A stretch of DNA of 47,404 nucleotides from a virus (taxonomy: Duplodnaviria; Caudoviricetes): IMG/VR virus record IMGVR_UViG_3300014208_000061, positions 1-47,404 of that record, one strand, 5' to 3'. Both the position numbers and the translations under genes were made by a program. A model generated the notes under the pieces. The model searched no databases. It was not told where the DNA came from and saw nothing but the letters and a program-made list of their open reading frames with translations. Below, piece after piece: positions 47,404 to 47,404 of the stretch (position 1 is its first letter; the number at the start of each line of letters is the position of its first letter).

Positions 47404-47404
47404 A

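Overview
AT-rich, gene-dense segment of a large tailed dsDNA phage (T4-like/jumbo-type head module). Bases 1-40.5 kb are almost all minus strand. Left to right they hold: small head-associated proteins, peptide deformylase, prohead protease, a portal protein with two HNH-bearing inteins (one canonical, one Pro-starting class 3-like), a terminase large subunit broken by one in-frame TGA, a fused Mre11/SbcD-Rad50/SbcC protein, primase, a RuvC-like resolvase, a gp4/TnsA-like nuclease, an Arr-like ADP-ribosyltransferase, a ~16 kb block of virion/tail proteins containing a GIY-YIG homing endonuclease, PIN-PhoH, a stand-alone sigma70 region-4 protein, an Hc1 histone-like protein, a DinG-like helicase, ClpP and a divergent GroEL-like protein. 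After a palindrome-rich intergenic switch point (~40.5-40.7 kb), the plus strand carries a glycosyltransferase/methyltransferase cluster. Most notable: (1) a recurrent TANTTA motif upstream of structural genes, in several cases in the loop of a hairpin covering the translation start (strongest at the portal gene); (2) the class 3-like intein; (3) the homing endonuclease that duplicates the 5' end of its neighbour; (4) the TGA in terminase. No tRNA, rRNA or CRISPR array was recognised. All product calls come from motif recognition by eye; no searches were run.
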